Made by a program: the position numbers and the translations under genes. Positions 53,701 to 64,000 of a stretch of DNA of 64,000 nt are shown here, one piece after another (position 1 is the first letter of the stretch; each line of letters opens with the position of its first letter). Source of the DNA: the human T2T-CHM13v2.0 reference genome, Homo sapiens; the NCBI RefSeq assembly GCF_009914755.1, contig NC_060933.1; one strand, written 5' to 3'. The notes below the pieces were generated by a model. The model searched no databases. It was not told the origin of the DNA and worked only from the letters and a program-made list of their open reading frames with translations.

Positions 53701-53987
53701 GTGTGGATACAGCATTTTGGAAACATTCCTTTAGTAGAATCTGCAAGTTGATATTTAGATAGCTAGGAAGATTTCCTTGGAAACGGGAATATCTTCATAT
53801 AAAATCTAGACAGAAGCATTCTCAGAAAGTGCTTTGTGATGTTTGCATTCAAGTCACAGAGTTGAATATTCCGTTTTATAGAGCAGGTTTGAAACACTCT
53901 TTCTGCACTACCTGGAAGTGGACATTTGGAGCGCTTTGAGGCCTATGTTGAAAAAGGAAATATCTTCCCATAAAAACTAGACAGAAG
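50756..53987 (+). repeat. 19-mer HOR (3232 bp): A, A', B, C + trimer; matches the canonical D4Z1 length
   Basis: Trimer marker 50345 to 53577 = 3232. Confidence 0.9.
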
Positions 53988-56900
53988 CATTCTCAGAAAC
54001 TTGTTTGTGATGTGTGTATTCAACTAACAGAGATGAACCTCTCTTTTTACAGAGCAGTTTTGAAACACTCTTTTTGTGGAATCTGAAAGTGGATATTTGG
54101 ATAGCTTTGAGGATTTCGTTGGAAACGGGATTACATATAAAACCTAGAGAGAAGCATTCTCAGGAACTTCTTTGTGATGTTTGCCTTCAAGTCACAGGAC
54201 TGAACATTCCCTTTCATAGAGCAGGTTTGAAACACTCTTTCTGTAGTATCTGCAAGCTGACGTTTCAAGCGCTTTCAGGCCTATGGTGAGAAAGGAAATA
54301 TCTTCAAGTAAAAACTAGACAGAAGCATTCTCAGAAACTTATTTGCCATGTGTGTTCTCAACTAACAGAGTTGAACCTTTGTTTTGATACGGCATTTTGG
54401 AAACACTCTTTTTGTAGAATCTGCAGGTGGATATTCGGATAGCTTTGAAGGTTTCGTTGGAAACGGGAATATCTTCATATAAAATCTAGACGGAAGCATT
54501 CTCAGAAACTGCTTTGTGATGTTTTCATTCAAGTCACAGAGTAGAATCTTCCCTGTTATATACCAGGTTTGAGACACTCTTTCTGCACTACCTGGAAGTG
54601 GACGTTTGGAGCGCTTTGAGGCCTATGTTGAAAAAGGAAATATCTTCCCATAAAAACTAGACAGAAGCATTCTCAGAAACTTGTTTGTGATGTGTGTATT
54701 CAACTAACAGAGATGAACCTTTCTTTTTACAGAGCAGTTTTGAAACACTCTTTTTGTGGAATCTGAAAGTGGATATTTGGATAGATTTGAGGATTTCGTT
54801 GGAAACGGGATTACATATAAAACCTAGAGAGAAGCATTCTCAGGAACTGCTTTGTGATGTTTGCATTCAAGTCACAGAACTGAACATTCCCTTTCATAGA
54901 GCAGGTTTGAAACACTCTTTCTGTAGTATCTGCAAGCTGACGTTTCAAGCGCTTTCAGGCCTATGGTGAGAAAGGAAATATCTTCAAGTAAAAACTAGAC
55001 AGAAGCATTCTCAGAAACTTATTTGCGATGTGTGTTCTCAACTAACAGAGTTGAACCTTTGTTTTGATATGGCATTTTGGAAACACTCTTTTTGTAGAAT
55101 CTGCAGGTGGATATTCGGATAGCTTTGAAGGTTTCGTTGGAAACGGGAATATCTTCATATAAAATCTAGACGGAAGCATTCTCAGAAACTGCTTTGTGAT
55201 GTTTTCATTCAAGTCACAGAGTAGAATGTTCCCTGTTATATACCAGGTTTGAGACACTCTTTCTGCACTACCTGGAAGTGGACATTTGCAGCGCTTTGAG
55301 GCCTATGATGAAAAAGGAAATATCTTCCCATAAAAACTAGACAGAAGCATTCTCAGAAACTTGTTTGTGATGTGTGTATTCAACTAACAGAGATGAACCT
55401 TTCTTTTTACAGAGCAGTTTTGAAACACTCTTTTTGTGGAATCTGAAAGTGGATATTTGGATAGCTTTGAGGATTTCGTTGGAAACGGGATTACATATAA
55501 AACCTAGAGAGAAGCATTCTCAGGAACTCCTTTGTGATGTTTGCCTTCAAGTCACAGGACTGAACATTCCCTTTCATAGAGCAGGTTTGAAACACTCTTT
55601 CTGTAGTATCTGCAAGCTGACGTTTCAAGCGCTTTCAGGCCTATGGTGATAAAGGAAATATCTTCAAGTAAAAACTAGACAGAAGCATTCTCAGAAACTT
55701 ATTTGCCATGTGTGTTCTCAACTAACAGAGTTGAACCTTTGTTTTGATACGGCATTTTGGAAACACTCTTTTTGTAGAATCTGCAGGTGGATATACGGAT
55801 AGCTTTGAAGGTTTCGTTGGAAACGGGAATATCTTCATATAAAATCTAGACGGAAGCATTCTCAGAAACTGCTTTGTGATGTTTTCATTCAAGTCACAGA
55901 GTAGAATGTTCGCTGTTATATACCAGGTTTGAGACACTCTTTCTGCACTACCTGGAAGTGGACGTTTGGAGCGCTTTGAGCCCTATGTTGAAAAAGGAAA
56001 TATCTTCCCATAAAAACTAGACAGAAGCATTCTCAGAAACTTGTTTGTGATGTGTGTATTCAACTAACAGAGATGAACCTTTCTTTCTACAGAGCAGTTT
56101 TGAAACACTCTTTTTGTGGAATCTGAAAGTGGATATTTGGATAGCTTTGAGGATTTCGTTGGAAACGGGATTACATATAAAATCTAGAGAGAAGCATTCT
56201 CAGGAACTTCTTTGTGATGTTTGCATTCAAGTCACAGAACTGAACATTCCCTTTCATAGAGCATGTTTGAAACACTCTTTCTGTAGTATCTGCAAACGGA
56301 CATTTCAAACGCTTTCAGGCCTATGGTGAGAAAGGAAATATCTTCAAATAAAAACTAGACAGAAGCATTCTCAGAAACTTATTTGCGATGTGTGTCCTCA
56401 ACTAACAGAGTTGAACCTTTCTTTTGATACAACATTTTGGAAACACTCTTTTTGTAGAATCTGCAAGTGGATATTTGGATAGCTTTGAAGGTTTCGTTGG
56501 AAACGGGAATATCTTCATATAAAATCAAGACAGAAGCATTCTCAGAAACTTCTCTGTGATGTTTGCATTCAACTCATAGAGTTGAACACTTCCCTTCATA
56601 CAGCAGGTTTGAAACACTCTTTTTGTAATATTTGGAAGTGGACATTTGCAGCGCTTTGAGGCCTATGATGAAAAAGGTAATATCTTCCCATAAAAACTAG
56701 ACAGAAGCATTCTCAGAAACTTGTTTGTGATGTGTGTATTCAACTAACAGAGATGAACCTTTCTTTTTACAGAGCAGTTTTGAAACACTCTTTTTGTGGA
56801 ATCTGAAAGTGGATATTTGGATAGCTTTGCGGATTTCGTTGGAAACGGGATTACATATAAAATCTAGGGAGAAGCATTCTCAGGAACTTCTTTGTGATGT

Positions 56901-57899
56901 TTGCATTCAAGTCACAGAACTGAACATTCCCTTTCATAGAGCAGGTTTGAAACACTCTTTCTGTAGTATCTGCAAGCGGACGTTTTAAGCGCTTTCAGGC
57001 CTATGGTGAGAAAGGAAATATCTTCAAATAAAAACTAGACAGAAGCATTCTCAGAAACTTATTTGCGATGTGTGTCCTCAACTAACAGAGTTGAACCTTT
57101 CTTTTGATACAACATTTTGGAAACACTCTTTTTGTAGAATCTGCAAGTGGATATTTGGATAGCTTTGAAGGTTTCGTTGGAAACGGGAATATCTTCATAT
57201 AAAATCAAGACAGAAGCATTCTCAGAAACTTCTCTGTGATGTCTGCATTCAACTCATAGAGTTGAACACTTCCCTTCATACAGCAGGTTTGAAACACTCT
57301 TTTTCTAATATTTGGAAGTGGACATTTGCAGCGCTTTGAGGCCTATGTTGAAAAAGGAAATATCTTCTCCTAAAAACCAGACAGAAGCATTCTCAGAAAC
57401 TTCCTTGTGATGTGTGTACTCAAGTAACAGAGTTGAACCTTCCTTTTGACAGAGCAGTTTTGAAGCACTCTTTTTGTAGAATCTGCAAGTGGATATTTTG
57501 ATACCTTTGAGGATTTCGTTGGACACGGGATATCTTCATATAAAATCTAGACAGAAGCATTCTCAGAAACTTCTTTGTGCTGTATGTCCTCAATTAACAG
57601 AGTTGAACCTTTGTGTGGATACAGCATTTTGGAAACATTCCTTTAGTAGAATCTGCAAGTTGATATTTAGATAGCTAGGAAGATTTCCTTGGAAACGGGA
57701 ATATCTTCATATAAAATCTAGACGGAAGCATTCTCAGAAAGTGCTTTGTGATGTTTGCATTCAAGTCACAGAGTTGAATATTCCCTTTTATAGAGCAGGT
57801 TTGAAACACTCTTTCTGCACTACCTGGAAGTGGACATTTGGAGCGCTTTGAGGCCTATGTTGAAAAAGGAAATATCTTCCCATAAAAACTAGACAGAAG
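53988..57899 (+). repeat. 23-mer HOR variant (3912 bp): A, A', A'', B, C + trimer
   Basis: ORF starts 54014, 54694, 55374, 56054, 56734, then 57926. Confidence 0.9.
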
Positions 57900-60451
57900 C
57901 ATTCTCAGAAACTTGTTTGTGATGTGTGTATTCAACTAACAGAGATGAACCTTTCTTTTTACAGAGCAGTTTTGAAACACTCTTTTTGTGGAATCTGAAA
58001 GTGGATATTTGGATAGCTTTGAGGATTTCGTTGGAAACGGGATTACATATAAAACCTAGAGAGAAGCATTCTCAGGAACTTCTTTGTGATGTTTGCATTC
58101 AAGTCACAGGACTGAACATTCCCTTTCATAGAGCAGGTTTGAAACACTCTTTCTGTAGTATCTGCAAGCTGACGTTTCAAGCGCTTTCAGGCCTATGGTG
58201 AGAAAGGAAATATCTTCAAGTAAAAACTAGACAGAAGCATTCTCAGAAACTTATTTGCCATGTGTGTTCTCAACTAACAGAGTTGAACCTTTGTTTTGAT
58301 ACGGCATTTTGGAAACACTCTTTTTGTAGAATCTGCAGGTGGATATTCGGATAGCTTTGAAGGTTTCGTTGGAAACGGGAATATCTTCATATAAAATCTA
58401 GACGGAAGCATTCTCAGAAACTGCTTTGTGATGTTTTCATTCAAGTCACAGAGTAGAATGTTCCCTGTTATATACCAGGTTTGAGACACTCTTTCTGCAC
58501 TACCTGGAAGTGGACATTTGCAGCGCTTTGAGGCCTATGATGAAAAAGGAAATATCTTCCCATAAAAACTAGACAGAAGCATTCTCAGAAACTTGTTTGT
58601 GATGTGTGTATTCAACTAACAGAGATGAACCTTTCTTTTTACAGAGCAGTTTTGAAACACTCTTTTTGTGGAATCTGAAAGTGGATATTTGGATAGCTTT
58701 GAGGATTTCGTTGGAAACGGGATTACATATAAAATCTAGAGAGAAGCATTCTCAGGAACTTCTTTGTGATGTTTGCATTCACGTCACAGAACTGAACATT
58801 CCCTTTCATAGAGCATGTTTGAAACACTCTTTCTGTAGTATCTGCAAACGGACATTTCAAACGCTTTCAGGCCTATGGTGAGAAAGGAAATATCTTCAAA
58901 TAAAAACTAGACAGAAGCATTCTCAGAAACTTATTTGCGATGTGTGTCCTCAACTAACAGAGTTGAACCTTTCTTTTGATACAACATTTTGGAAACACTC
59001 TTTTTGTAGAATCTGCAAGTGGATATTTGAATAGCTTTGAAGGTTTCGTTGGAAACGGGAATATCTTCATATAAAATCAAGACAGAAGCATTCTCAGAAA
59101 CTTCTCTGTGATGTTTGCATTCAACTCATAGAGTTGAACACTTCCCTTCATACAGCAGGTTTGAAACACTCTTTTTGTAATATTTGGAAGTGGACATTTG
59201 CAGCGCTTTGAGGCCTATGTTGAAAAAGGAAATATCTTCTCCTAAAAACCAGACAGAAGCATTCTCAGAAACTTCCTTGTGATGTGTGTACTCAAGTAAC
59301 AGAGTTGAACCTTCCTTTTTACAGAGCAGTTTTGAAACACTCTTTTTGTGGAATCTGAAAGTGGATATTTGGATAGCTTTGCGGATTTCGTTGGAAACGG
59401 GATTACATATAAAATCTAGGGAGAAGCATTCTCAGGAACTTCTTTGTGATGTTTGCATTCAAGTCACAGAACTGAACATTCCCTTTCATAGAGCAGGTTT
59501 GAAACACTCTTTCTGTAGTATCTGCAAGCGGACGTTTTAAGCGCTTTCAGGCCTGTGGTGAGAAAGGAAATATCTTCAAATAAAAACTAGACAGAAGCAT
59601 TCTCAGAAACTTATTTGCGATGTGTGTCCTCAACTAACAGAGTTGAACCTTTCTTTTGATACAACATTTTGGAAACACTCTTTTTGTAGAATCTGCAAGT
59701 GGATATTTGGATAGCTTTGAAGGTTTCGTTGGAAACGGGAATATCTTCATATGAAATCAAGACAGAAGCATTCTCAGAAACTTCTCTGTGATGTTTGCAT
59801 TCAACTCATAGAGTTGAACACTTCCCTTCATACAGCAGGTTTGAAACACTCTTTTTCTAATATTTGGAAGTGGACATTTGCAGCGCTTTGAGGCCTATGT
59901 TGAAAAAGGAAATATCTTCTCCTAAAAACCAGACAGAAGCATTCTCAGAAACTTCCTTGTGATGTGTGTACTCAAGTAACAGAGTTGAACCTTCCTTTTG
60001 ACAGAGCAGTTTTGAAGCACTCTTTTTGTAGAATCTGCAAGTGGATATTTTGATACCTTTGAGGATTTCGTTGGACACGGGATATCTTCATATAAAATCT
60101 AGACAGAAGCATTCTCAGAAACTTCTTTGTGCTGTATGTCCTCAATTAACAGAGTTGAACCTTTGTGTGGATACAGCATTTTGGAAACATTCCTTTAGTA
60201 GAATCTGCAAGTTGATATTTAGATAGCTAGGAAGATTTCCTTGGAAACGGGAATATCTTCATATAAAATCTAGACGGAAGCATTCTCAGAAAGTGCTTTG
60301 TGAAGTTTGCATTCAAGTCACAGAGTTGAATATTCCCTTTTATAGAGCAGGTTTGAAACACTCTTTCTGCACTACCTGGAAGTGGACATTTGGAGCGCTT
60401 TGAGGCCTATGTTGAAAAAGGAAATATCTTCCCATAAAAACTAGACAGAAG
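57900..60451 (+). repeat. 15-mer HOR (2552 bp): A, B, C(hybrid m1) + trimer
   Basis: ORF starts 57926, 58606, 59286, then 60478. Confidence 0.9.
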
Positions 60452-62661
60452 CATTCTCAGAAACTTGTTTGTGATGTGTGTATTCAACTAACAGAGATGA
60501 ACCTTTCTTTTTACAGAGCAGTTTTGAAACACTCTTTTTGTGGAATCTGAAAGTGGATATTTGGATAGCTTTGAGGATTTCGTTGGAAACGGGATTACAT
60601 ATAAAACCTAGAGAGAAGCATTCTCAGGAACTCCTTTGTGATGTTTGCATTCAAGTCACAGAACTGAACATTCCCTTTCATAGAGCAGGTTTGAAACACT
60701 CTTTCTGTAGTATCTGCAAGCTGACGTTTCAAGCGCTTTCAGGCCTATGGTGAGAAAGGAAATATCTTCAAGTAAAAACTAGACAGAAGCATTCTCAGAA
60801 ACTTATTTGCCATGTGTGTTCTCAACTAATAGAGTTGAACCTTTGTTTTGATATGGCATTTTGGAAACACTCTTTTTGTAGAATCTGCAGGTGGATATTC
60901 GGATAGCTTTGAAGGTTTCGTTGGAAACGGGAATATCTTCATATAAAATCTAGACGGAAGCATTCTCAGAAACTGCTTTGTGATGTTTTCATTCAAGTCA
61001 CAGAGTAGAATGTTCCCTGTTATATACCAGGTTTGAGACACTCTTTCTGCACTACCTGGAAGTGGACATTTGCAGCGCTTTGAGGCCTATGATGAAAAAG
61101 GAAATATCTTCCCATAAAAACTAGACAGAAGCATTGTCAGAAACTTGTTTGTGAAGTGTGTATTCAACTAACAGAGATGAACCTTTCTTTTTACAGAGCA
61201 GTTTTGAAACACTCTTTTTGTGGAATCTGAAAGTGGATATTTGGATAGCTTTGAGGATTTCGTTGGAAACGGGATTACATATAAAATCTAGAGAGAAGCA
61301 TTCTCAGGAACTTCTTTGTGATGTTTGCATTCACGTCACAGAACTGAACATTCCCTTTCATAGAGCATGTTTGAAACACTCTTTCTGTAGTATCTGCAAA
61401 CGGACATTTCAAACGCTTTCAGGCCTATGGTGAGAAAGGAAATATCTTCAAATAAAAACTAGACAGAAGCATTCTCAGAAACTTATTTGCGATGTGTGTC
61501 CTCAACTAACAGAGTTGAACCTTTCTTTTGATACAACATTTTGGAAACACTCTTTTTGTAGAATCTGCAAGTGGATATTTGAATAGCTTTGAAGGTTTCG
61601 TTGGAAACGGGAATATCTTCATATAAAATCAAGACAGAAGCATTCTCAGAAACTTCTCTGTGATGTTTGCATTCAACTCATAGAGTTGAACACTTCCCTT
61701 CATACAGCAGGTTTGAAACACTCTTTTTGTAATATTTGGAAGTGGACATTTGCAGCGCTTTGAGGCCTATGTTGAAAAAGGAAATATCTTCTCCTAAAAA
61801 CCAGACAGAAGCATTCTCAGAAACTTCCTTGTGATGTGTGTACTCAAGTAACAGAGTTGAACCTTCCTTTTTACAGAGCAGTTTTGAAACACTCTTTTTG
61901 TGGAATCTGAAAGTGGATATTTGGATAGCTTTGCGGATTTCGTTGGAAACGGGATTACATATAAAATCTAGGGAGAAGCATTCTCAGGAACTTCTTTGTG
62001 ATGTTTGCATTCAAGTCACAGAACTGAACATTCCCTTTCATAGAGCAGGTTTGAAACACTCTTTCTGTAGTATCTGCAAGCGGACGTTTTAAGCGCTTTC
62101 AGGCCTGTGGTGAGAAAGGAAATATCTTCAAATAAAAACTAGACAGAAGCATTCTCAGAAACTTATTTGCGATGTGTGTCCTCAACTAACAGAGTTGAAC
62201 CTTTCTTTTGATACAACATTTTGGAAACACTCTTTTTGTAGAATCTGCAAGTGGATATTTGGATACCTTTGAGGATTTCGTTGGACACGGGATATCTTCA
62301 TATAAAATCTAGACAGAAGCATTCTCAGAAACTTCTTTGTGCTGTATGTCCTCAATTAACAGAGTTGAACCTTTGTGTGGATACAGCATTTTGGAAACAT
62401 TCCTTTAGTAGAATCTGCAAGTTGATATTTAGATAGCTAGGAAGATTTCCTTGGAAACGGGAATATCTTCATATAAAATCTAGACGGAAGCATTCTCAGA
62501 AAGTGCTTTGTGATGTTTGCATTCAAGTCACAGAGTTGAATATTCCCTTTTATAGAGCAGGTTTGAAACACTCTTTCTGCACTACCTGGAAGTGGACATT
62601 TGGAGCGCTTTGAGGCCTATGTTGAAAAAGGAAATATCTTCCCATAAAAACTAGACAGAAG
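60452..62661 (+). repeat. 13-mer HOR variant (2210 bp) with m3/m5 hybrid monomer
   Basis: Trimer marker 60041 to 62251 = 2210 (2552 minus 342); the marker ORF reads MDIWIP, a fusion of m3 and m5 sequence. Confidence 0.9.
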
Positions 62662-64000
62662 CATTCTCAGAAACTTGTTTGTGATGTGTGTATTCAACTA
62701 ACAGAGATGAACCTTTCTTTTTACAGAGCAGTTTTGAAACACTCTTTTTGTGGAATCTGAAAGTGGATATTTGGATAGCTTTGAGGATTTCGTTGGAAAC
62801 GGGATTACATATAAAACCTAGAGAGAAGCATTCTCAGGAACTTCTTTGTGATGTTTGCATTCAAGTCACAGAACTGAACATTCCCTTTCATAGAGCAGGT
62901 TTGAAACACTCTTTCTGTAGTATCTGCAAGCTGACGTTTCAAGCGCTTTCAGGCCTATGGTGAGAAAGGAAATATCTTGAAGTAAAAACTAGACAGAAGC
63001 ATTCTCAGAAACTTATTTGCCATGTGTGTTCTCAACTAACAGAGTTGAACCTTTGTGTGGATACGGCATTTTGGAAACACTCTTTTTGTAGAATCTGCAG
63101 GTGGATATTCGGATAGCTTTGAAGGTTTCGTTGGAAACGGGAATATCTTCATATAAAATCTAGACGGAAGCATTCTCAGAAACTGCTTTGTGATGTTTTC
63201 ATTCAAGTCACAGAGTAGAATGTTCCCTGTTATATACCAGGTTTGAGACACTCTTTCTGCACTACCTGGAAGTGGACGTTTGGAGCGCTTTGAGGCCTAT
63301 GTTGAAAAAGGAAATATCTTCCCATAAAAACTAGACAGAAGCATTCTCAGAAACTTGTTTGTGATGTGTGTATTCAACTAACAGAGATGAACCTTTCTTT
63401 TTACAGAGCAGTTTTGAAACACTCTTTTTGTGGAATCTGAAAGTGGATATTTGGATAGCTTTGAGGATTTCGTTGGAAACGGGATTACATATAAAACATA
63501 GAGAGAAGCATTCTCAGGAACTGCTTTGTGATGTTTGCATTCAAGTCACAGAACTGAACATTCCCTTTCATAGAGCAGGTTTGAAACACTCTTTCTGTAG
63601 TATCTGCAAGCTGACGTTTCAAGCGCTTTCAGGCCTATGGTGAGAAAGGAAATATCTTCAAGTAAAAACTAGACAGAAGCATTCTCAGAAACTTATTTGC
63701 GATGTGTGTTCTCAACTAACAGAGTTGAACCTTTGTTTTGATATGGCATTTTGGAAACACTCTTTTTGTAGAATCTGCAGGTGGATATTCGGATAGCTTT
63801 GAAGGTTTCGTTGGAAACGGGAATATCTTCATATAAAATCTAGACGGAAGCATTCTCAGAAACTGCTTTGTGATGTTTTCATTCAAGTCACAGAGTAGAA
63901 TGTTCCCTGTTATATACCAGGTTTGAGACACTCTTTCTGCACTACCTGGAAGTGGACATTTGCAGCGCTTTGAGGCCTATGATGAAAAAGGAAATATCTT
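62662..64000 (+). repeat. Partial HOR (A, A' tetramers), truncated by window end
   Basis: ORF starts 62688 and 63368. Confidence 0.88.

Larger units (their letters stand above)
1..64000 (+). repeat. Centromeric alpha-satellite higher-order repeat array (dimeric SF2-like; probably chr4 D4Z1, alternatively chr9 D9Z4)
   Basis: Continuous ~170-171 bp periodicity of AGAAGCATTCTCAGAAAC...GTGATGT...CAGAGTTGAAC...TTTGAAACACTCTTT...GTGGATATTTGG. CENP-B box monomers alternate with pJ-alpha-type (CTATGGTGARAAAGGAA-like) monomers. Alpha-satellite identity is near certain; the chromosome assignment rests on HOR lengths only (about 0.7). Confidence 0.99.

Noticed and set aside
251-63931. About 150 short ORFs (61-91 aa; MYSTNRDEPF..., MSQTWYITG..., MSNEILKG..., MDILIPLR...)
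   Set aside because: They recur at the satellite period, mostly start at GTG/TTG, overlap on both strands, gain stops freely and resemble no protein family I recognise. They are chance open frames in alpha satellite, used here only as positional markers.
1-64000. CRISPR-like appearance of conserved AGAAGCATTCTCAGAAAC blocks separated by variable sequence
   Set aside because: The intervening ~150-bp segments are homologous to each other rather than unique spacers, and there are no cas genes or leader.
1-64000. Multicopy gene cassette, operon or novel coding system
   Set aside because: I see no non-satellite sequence; the unit lengths sum without gaps, leaving no room for an insert.
1-64000. 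L1/Alu insertion or strand inversion within the array
   Set aside because: No poly-A tail, GC-rich Alu segment or reverse-oriented monomer was seen, and marker ORFs keep the same strand throughout.

Overview
The whole 64 kb window is one uninterrupted, single-orientation array of primate (almost certainly human) centromeric alpha-satellite DNA. It consists of ~171-bp monomers, with CENP-B boxes (TTTCGTTGGAAACGGGA) in roughly every second monomer, alternating with pJ-alpha-type monomers. I see no genes, transposon insertions or inversions, and all ORFs in the track are recurrent by-products of the repeat. The array is built from 680-bp tetramers (subtypes I call A, A', A'', B, C, D) and a 512-bp trimer (m5-m6-m7). 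Units measured between successive trimers are 1192 (7-mer), 1872 (11), 2210 (13), 2552 (15, dominant), 3232 (19), 3912 (23) and 4592 bp (27). This set of lengths best fits the SF2 chromosome 4 array D4Z1 (canonical 19-mer, ~3.2 kb); the sister chromosome 9 array D9Z4 is the main alternative. That assignment is an inference from repeat lengths, not an alignment. I find no new protein-coding system. The interest lies in the array architecture: a divergent CENP-B-poor 7-mer layer in the first ~12 kb, hybrid monomers with breakpoints mappable to a few bp, probable conversion patches, and nested multi-kb duplications readable from private variants.
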